Source: Candidatus Caldifonticola tengchongensis
Lineage (GTDB): Bacteria; Sysuimicrobiota; Sysuimicrobiia; Sysuimicrobiales; Sysuimicrobiaceae
Direction of reading: 5' to 3'
NCBI GenBank assembly: GCA_031432545.1
Contig: JAVKGX010000005.1
Coordinates: 70,168 to 134,167, forward strand
Length of the DNA: 64,000 bases
The notes beneath the pieces were generated by a model, which saw nothing but the letters and a program-made list of their open reading frames with translations, had not been told where the DNA came from and ran no database searches. This document shows positions 59,107 through 64,000 of the stretch, in pieces (within the stretch, counting starts at the first letter, position 1; each line of letters opens with the position of its first letter). Both the position numbers and the translations under genes were made by a program.

Positions 59107-61451
59107 GCGGAACCTTCGGAGATGGCCCGGACGATCGCCTCGGGGCTCAGGGGGCTTTCGAGCAGGCGAACTCCGAACGGACGGAGGGCGTCCTCCACCG
59201 CTGCGTTGATGACCGCCGGCACCGGTATCGTCCCGCCCTCGCCCACCCCCTTCACGCCCTCCGGGTTGCTGGGCGAGGGCACCTGCGTGTGAAAGAGGAC
59301 CAGGTCCGGCATCTCCATGGCGGTGGGGATCAGGTAGTCCATGTAGGTGCGGACCAGCGGTTGCCCCTCGTCGTCCCACCGCAAGAACTCGTACAGGGCG
59401 TTGCCCAGCCCCTGCGCGAACCCGCCGACGATCTGGCCCCTGACGAGCTGGGGATTGATCTCCACACCGCAGTCGTGGCCGATCACGTAACGCAGGACGC
59501 GCACCTCCCCCAGATCCGGCAGCACCTCCACGATAGCCGCGTGTACCCCGTAGGCGTAGTTGAGCGCTGTGCTGTCGAAGTGGTAGGTGGCCTCCAACCC
59601 AGGCGGTAGTTCCTCGGAGAAGCGCAGCTGGCGCGGCAGGCGCGTGGCATCGAGGTTCGGCCCGGAGGCCAGTTGCGCCAACTGGCGGAACGACAACGAC
59701 CGAGACGGCGCGCCGCGGACCCGCACGACGCCTTCCGATACCTCGAGGTCCGTCGGCGAAACCTCCAGCAGCCGCGACGCCAGGTTGAGGATCTTGTCCC
59801 GCACCCGTGTGGCTGCGCCACTGGCCGCGTTGCCGGCGGCGACGGCGGACCGGCTGGCGAACGTGCCGATCCCGGTCGGGACTCCGGCTGTGTCGCCGAC
59901 CGTGACCTCGACGTCCTCGTAACGGACACCGAGGCGATGGGCGACGATCTGCGCCACCATCGTCTCGTGGCCCTGGCCCTGCGACGCGCAGCCCGCGAAG
60001 ACCTGGACGCGCCCTGAGGCGTCCACCCTTACCGTGGCGGTCTCGTACGGACCGAGGCCCGACATCTCCACGTAGGGCACCACGCCGATGCCCAAGAACC
60101 GACCTTCGCGCCGCGCTCTGCGTTGCCGCTCGCGCCACGCAGGGTAGTCGAGTTCGGCTAGGGCGCGCTCCAGCATCGCCGGGTAGTCGCCGCTGTCGTA
60201 GACGACGCTGCCCAAACCGTCGCGCCGCGGCACGCCGGTGTCGTAGGGGAGGTCTTCGGGGCGGAGCAGGTTTCGTCGGCGCAGTTCCACAGGGTCGATG
60301 CCGACCTGGGCTGCAGCCAGGTCCAGCAGCCTCTCGATTGCAAACACGCCCTGCGGCCGGCCGGCGCCCCGATAGGGCGCTAGGGGCGGCTTGTTCGTGT
60401 ACACGCAGACCACATCCACCGACAGGGCCGGCAGCCGGTATGGCCCCGGAAGCGTCATCGCCGTGGTCAGGGGAGGCACAATCCCGAAGCTGGAGTCGTA
60501 CGCGCCGTTGTCGTTGAGGATGCGGCCGCGCAGCCCGAGGATGCGGCCTTGGCCGTCGAGCGCCAGTTCGAGCTCCTGGAGTTGGTCGCGCTCCTGGTAG
60601 GTTGCCAGGAAGTCCTCGCTTCGGTCGCCGACCCACTTCACCGGACGCCCCAGTTCCAGCGCCAGCCGCGCCGCCAGCAGGTACTCGGGGTAGAAGCGGT
60701 TCTTCGCGCCGAATCCTCCGCCGACGTCCGGGGCGATGACACGCACCTGCGCTTCGTCCAGACCGAGCAGGACGGCCAGGATGCGGCGGGCTGTGTGCGG
60801 CGACTGCGTGGTGAGCCAGACTGTGAGCGCCGGGCGCGGACCGCGCAGATCGGGTTCTGCCACGACCGCGCGTGTCTCCATCGCCTGTGGGCTGCAACGG
60901 CCGATTCGCAGCTGCGCACGCACCACCGAAGCCGCCGCCATAAAGGCCGCGTCCGCATCCCCCACGCGGATGGGGACCCGTGCCATAAGATTCCCCGGGG
61001 CCTCGTCTGGGTGCAACTGCGCCGCGTCTGGGCGGAGGGCGGCTTCGACGTCCACGACGGGGGGAAGCGGATCGTAGTCCACCGCCACCAGGTCGGCTGC
61101 GTCCTCGGCCTCGTAGCGGTCCTGTGCCACGACCACCGCGATCGGCTCTCCCACGTAGCGGACCACGTCGGACGCGAGGACGTGGGGCAGCGCATGCCGC
61201 ATCGAAGGATGCCCCACCACCGCCGGCAGCCGGGGCAGGGGTGGATCGAAGTCGGCCGCCGCCCTCGCCAGCGCGATGTCCGGCAGGGCGCGGGCGTGCG
61301 TGAGGTCCACGCGAACCAACCTGGCGTGTGCGTGGCTGCTGCGGACGATCGCCATGTGCAGCGTACCGGGCGGCTGGACGTCCCCCACGTAGCGCCCGCG
61401 CCCGGTGAGCAGCCGGACATCCTCCTTGCGGCGCAACGCTTGGCCGATCAC
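59049..61451 (-). CDS. xanthine-dehydrogenase-family molybdopterin-binding large subunit (CoxL-like, AYRGAGR type)
   Basis: The N-terminus is RKEDVRLLTGRGRYVGD. The active-site-loop region is LAPYRGAGRPQG, not the form-I CO-dehydrogenase AYRCSFR. It is about 800 aa. Confidence 0.88.
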   Translation of the reverse strand: MIGQALRRKEDVRLLTGRGRYVGDVQPPGTLHMAIVRSSHAHARLVRVDLTHARALPDIALARAAADFDPPLPRLPAVVGHPSMRHALPHVLASDVVRYVGEPIAVVVAQDRYEAEDAADLVAVDYDPLPPVVDVEAALRPDAAQLHPDEAPGNLMARVPIRVGDADAAFMAAASVVRAQLRIGRCSPQAMETRAVVAEPDLRGPRPALTVWLTTQSPHTARRILAVLLGLDEAQVRVIAPDVGGGFGAKNRFYPEYLLAARLALELGRPVKWVGDRSEDFLATYQERDQLQELELALDGQGRILGLRGRILNDNGAYDSSFGIVPPLTTAMTLPGPYRLPALSVDVVCVYTNKPPLAPYRGAGRPQGVFAIERLLDLAAAQVGIDPVELRRRNLLRPEDLPYDTGVPRRDGLGSVVYDSGDYPAMLERALAELDYPAWRERQRRARREGRFLGIGVVPYVEMSGLGPYETATVRVDASGRVQVFAGCASQGQGHETMVAQIVAHRLGVRYEDVEVTVGDTAGVPTGIGTFASRSAVAAGNAASGAATRVRDKILNLASRLLEVSPTDLEVSEGVVRVRGAPSRSLSFRQLAQLASGPNLDATRLPRQLRFSEELPPGLEATYHFDSTALNYAYGVHAAIVEVLPDLGEVRVLRYVIGHDCGVEINPQLVRGQIVGGFAQGLGNALYEFLRWDDEGQPLVRTYMDYLIPTAMEMPDLVLFHTQVPSPSNPEGVKGVGEGGTIPVPAVINAAVEDALRPFGVRLLESPLSPEAIVRAISEGSASDAPTPPPQHPASDVACR

Positions 61452-63751
61452 GTCTGCCGTCGCCCGCTGTGGTCGAGCAGGGCCAGAACGTACTCGGGCG
61501 TCAGGGGGATCCGCTGGACCTGCGCGCCGACCGCGTCGGACACGGCGTTGGCGATCGCCGCCGGTGCACCGATCGCGCCGCCTTCGGCCATGCCCTTCAT
61601 CCCTCCGGGGCGGTCGGAGGGATTTTCCAGATGCAGGATCTCGATTCCGTCAGGCATGTCCGTGGCTAGGGGCAGCAGGTAGTCCATGAACGTGCTGGCC
61701 AGGGGCTGGCCGTCCGGGCCGTAGACGGCGTGCTCGAGGACGGCTTCCCCCAGACCCTGCGCGATGGCGCCGTGGATCTGGCCGCGGACGATCCGGGCGT
61801 TGAGGACCCGACCGCAGTCCTCGACGACCACGTACCGCAGGGGGCGCAGCGCGCCCGTGTGCGGGTCGACCTCGACTACGGCGAGGTGCGCGGCGTTGGA
61901 GAACGTGGCGGGCGGCGGGTCGAAGTACTCGACCGCTTCCAGCCCCGGCTGCAACGTCCCCGCCTTTCCCAGGGGGATCTTGTAGGCTGCCCGTGCGACC
62001 TCGTCGAACGTCACGGATCGGGAGAGGCTGCCGCGGACGCGGATCCGCCCTCCTTCCCACTCCAGGTCGCTCACGGCGGCTTCGAGCAAGGAGGAGGCGA
62101 TCGCCAGCGCCCGCTCGCGCACACGGAGGGCAGCACCGTACACAGCGCCCGCGCCGGCCACCGAGGTGCGGCTGCCGAAGGTGCCGGACCCATGGGGGCT
62201 CGCCCGGCTGTCGAATGGCTCCACCTGAATGCGGTCGGCCGGTACCTGGAGCACCTCCGCGACGATCTGCGCCATCGTGGTCTCGTGGCCCTGTCCTTGG
62301 GAGGTGAAGCTCAGCGACACCCGCACGGAGCCCGACGGGTCGACGCGTACGGCAGCGGCTTCATGGCCCGGAATGTCCGTCATGCCGCGCCGTGCGAACG
62401 TCGCGGAGCCCATCCCCGTGTACTCCGTGTAGCAGGCCACCCCGATCCCCAAAAGTCTCCCGCTGCGGGTCCGTTCGCGCTGCTGGTCGGCACGCAGGCG
62501 CTCGTAATCGGTCGCCTCGCACAGGCGCTGCAGCGCCTGGTGGAAGGAGCCACCGTCGTACGTCAGGCCGCTGGCGCTCTGATAGGGGAACGCGTCAGGG
62601 GAGATGAGGTTCCTCCTGCGCACCTCCACCGCATCGAGGCCGACCTCGCGGGCCAGGCAGTCCATGGCCCGCTCCATGGCGAACGCGCCCACGGTCATCC
62701 CGACTCCGCGGTAGGCGCCGGTCGGCGGCTTGTTCGTGCAGACGGCGAGCACCTCGTACGCGTAGTGGTCGACCGCGTAGGGCCCCGGCAGGATCTGCGC
62801 CGCACCGAGCGGCTCCAGGGCGGCGGTGGTGGGGAATACGTGGTAGGCGCCGACGTCACCGACGACGCGGCCACGCAGCCCCAGCACGCGCCCCTCGGTC
62901 GTCGCCGCCACTTCCACCTCCACTCGTTCCTCGCGTGCCTGGGTGGCGGCCGTCAGGTTCTCGCGCCGGTCCTCGACCCACTTCACCGGCCGACCGAGGC
63001 GCGCCGCCAGCCAGCAGACGACGACGTCCTCCGGATACAGGTGCATCTTCTGACCGAAGCCACCCCCGGTGTCGGGCACCAAAAGACGGATCCGATGTTC
63101 CGGCAGCCCAAGGCAGGCGGCGAGGGCGGAACGGATGAGCGCCGGTACCTGGGTCCCAATCCAGACGTGGAGCATCTGCCCTTCGTAGGCAGCCAGAATC
63201 CCGCGGCCTTCCATCGGTGAGGCAGCGCACCGTGCAGACCGAACGTCGATGCAGACCGTGACGGGTGCGTGCCGAAACACCGCTTCCGGGTCCCCGCCGT
63301 GGTGCGACCTGTGGTACAGGATGTTGCTGGCGGCGTCGTGCAGCCGCGGGGCATCTGGGCGGAGGGCCGTCTCCGCGTCGGCGACGGTCGGCAGAGGATC
63401 GTAGTCGACTTCCACGCGTTCGGCCAGGTCTTCGGCTTCGTATCGATCTGCCGCGACGACCACGGCCACCGGCTCACCCACGTATCGGACGCGGTCGGCT
63501 GCCAGCGGCCACTGGGCGGTGGGTGTGAATCCGTCCGCATCCAGGCGTGGGGCGATCGGGTGCACACCCTCGAGATCCTCGTAGGTCCACACCCACTCCG
63601 CGGCCCGTCGCACGCGCAAAATCCGCGCATGGGCATGGGGGCTTCGCACGAACGCCGCATGGAGCGCCCCGGGCAGCCGTATGTCGTCCAGATACCTGGC
63701 CCTTCCGGACAGCAGCCGCGGGTCCTCGTGCCGTGTGATTCCCGCCGTCAT
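61448..63751 (-). CDS. xanthine-dehydrogenase-family molybdopterin-binding large subunit (CoxL-like), tandem paralog
   Basis: It has RHEDPRLLSGRARYLDD and the loop GAYRGVGMTVG. ATG 63751 overlaps the coxS-like stop (ATGA), and its own stop overlaps the next paralog's ATG by 4 nt. Confidence 0.88.
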   Translation of the reverse strand: MTAGITRHEDPRLLSGRARYLDDIRLPGALHAAFVRSPHAHARILRVRRAAEWVWTYEDLEGVHPIAPRLDADGFTPTAQWPLAADRVRYVGEPVAVVVAADRYEAEDLAERVEVDYDPLPTVADAETALRPDAPRLHDAASNILYHRSHHGGDPEAVFRHAPVTVCIDVRSARCAASPMEGRGILAAYEGQMLHVWIGTQVPALIRSALAACLGLPEHRIRLLVPDTGGGFGQKMHLYPEDVVVCWLAARLGRPVKWVEDRRENLTAATQAREERVEVEVAATTEGRVLGLRGRVVGDVGAYHVFPTTAALEPLGAAQILPGPYAVDHYAYEVLAVCTNKPPTGAYRGVGMTVGAFAMERAMDCLAREVGLDAVEVRRRNLISPDAFPYQSASGLTYDGGSFHQALQRLCEATDYERLRADQQRERTRSGRLLGIGVACYTEYTGMGSATFARRGMTDIPGHEAAAVRVDPSGSVRVSLSFTSQGQGHETTMAQIVAEVLQVPADRIQVEPFDSRASPHGSGTFGSRTSVAGAGAVYGAALRVRERALAIASSLLEAAVSDLEWEGGRIRVRGSLSRSVTFDEVARAAYKIPLGKAGTLQPGLEAVEYFDPPPATFSNAAHLAVVEVDPHTGALRPLRYVVVEDCGRVLNARIVRGQIHGAIAQGLGEAVLEHAVYGPDGQPLASTFMDYLLPLATDMPDGIEILHLENPSDRPGGMKGMAEGGAIGAPAAIANAVSDAVGAQVQRIPLTPEYVLALLDHSGRRQT

Positions 63752-64000
63752 GGCTGTTGGCGAGCCGTAGACAGTGCCCGGGCGGCTGCCAGGATCGCAT
63801 CGACGATCGAGAGGTATCCGGTGCAGCGGCACAAGTGACCTGCCAGCATCTCCCGCACCTGCTGTGGTGTCGGCTCCGGGTGGTCACGCAAGAATGCCAC
63901 CGCGCTCATCAGGATGCCCGGCGTGCAGAACCCACACTGCAGGGCGTGATGGGCGGAGAAGGCCTCCTGAAGAAGGTGCAGGGACGTAGGTCCGCCCAGG
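63748..64000 (-). CDS. [2Fe-2S]-binding small subunit of a xanthine-dehydrogenase/CoxS-family enzyme, 5'-truncated by the window edge
   Basis: It is not in the ORF track. Hand translation of the minus strand gives ...LHLLQEAFSAHHALQCGFCTPGILMSAVAFLRDHPEPTPQQVREMLAGHLCRCTGYLSIVDAILAAA..., which carries the CoxS-type second-cluster motifs. Confidence 0.85.
   Translation of the reverse strand, partial: LGGPTSLHLLQEAFSAHHALQCGFCTPGILMSAVAFLRDHPEPTPQQVREMLAGHLCRCTGYLSIVDAILAAARALSTARQQP

Overview
This is a very GC-rich, tightly packed chromosomal segment with about 65 protein genes, one tmRNA and one tRNA. Nearly all genes are housekeeping or metabolic.

Gene order, left to right:
- lysC (5'-truncated) and a purine-type NCS2 permease.
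- A LexA-box-preceded imuA-imuB-dnaE2 mutagenesis cassette.
- msrA and ispG.
- An uncharacterised trio: SQR-like flavoprotein, PP-loop ATPase and hotdog thioesterase.
- A liv-type branched-chain amino-acid ABC operon with a fused permease/ATPase.
- A Fur-family plus DtxR-family regulator pair.
- lpd, 2-oxoacid dehydrogenase E1ab and E2, lipA, and a CxxC protein.
- moeZ, yjbQ, iscA-nfu, rtcB, an acyl-CoA dehydrogenase, and two CNNM/CorC paralogs.
- A split two-gene MetE and an Arg-tailed SRPBCC protein.
- An orphan sugar-binding lipoprotein next to a PhoR/PhoP-like two-component system.
- pckA, tdh-kbl, moeA-cupin-moaC-thioesterase-smpB-ssrA.
- A second Fur-family regulator with a ferritin-like gene.
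- A cell-wall amidase, rph-rdgB, DUF885 and tRNA-Pro.
- A coxS / coxL-like / coxL-like molybdoenzyme operon that runs off the right edge.

I see no CRISPR array, transposase, integrase, phage genes or recognisable defence system. I could not identify a clearly novel system. The window looks like ordinary core genome.

The oddities most worth a second look:
- An 88-bp direct repeat that duplicates the 3' end of tRNA-Pro plus its flank. It resembles an att-site scar, and its second copy supplies the end of a coxL-like gene.
- The translationally coupled flavoprotein / PP-loop / thioesterase module.
- The split MetE.
- Sulfur and Fe-S genes clustered around lipA and moeZ.

The Cheo-type LexA box, a PurBox-like motif, rph-rdgB synteny and a copper-amine-oxidase-like stalk domain on the amidase suggest a high-GC Firmicutes/Clostridia-like lineage. 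This is inference only.

Many long Arg/Pro/Gly/Ala-rich ORFs in the six-frame track lie antisense or out of frame to real genes. I treat them as GC-driven artefacts.
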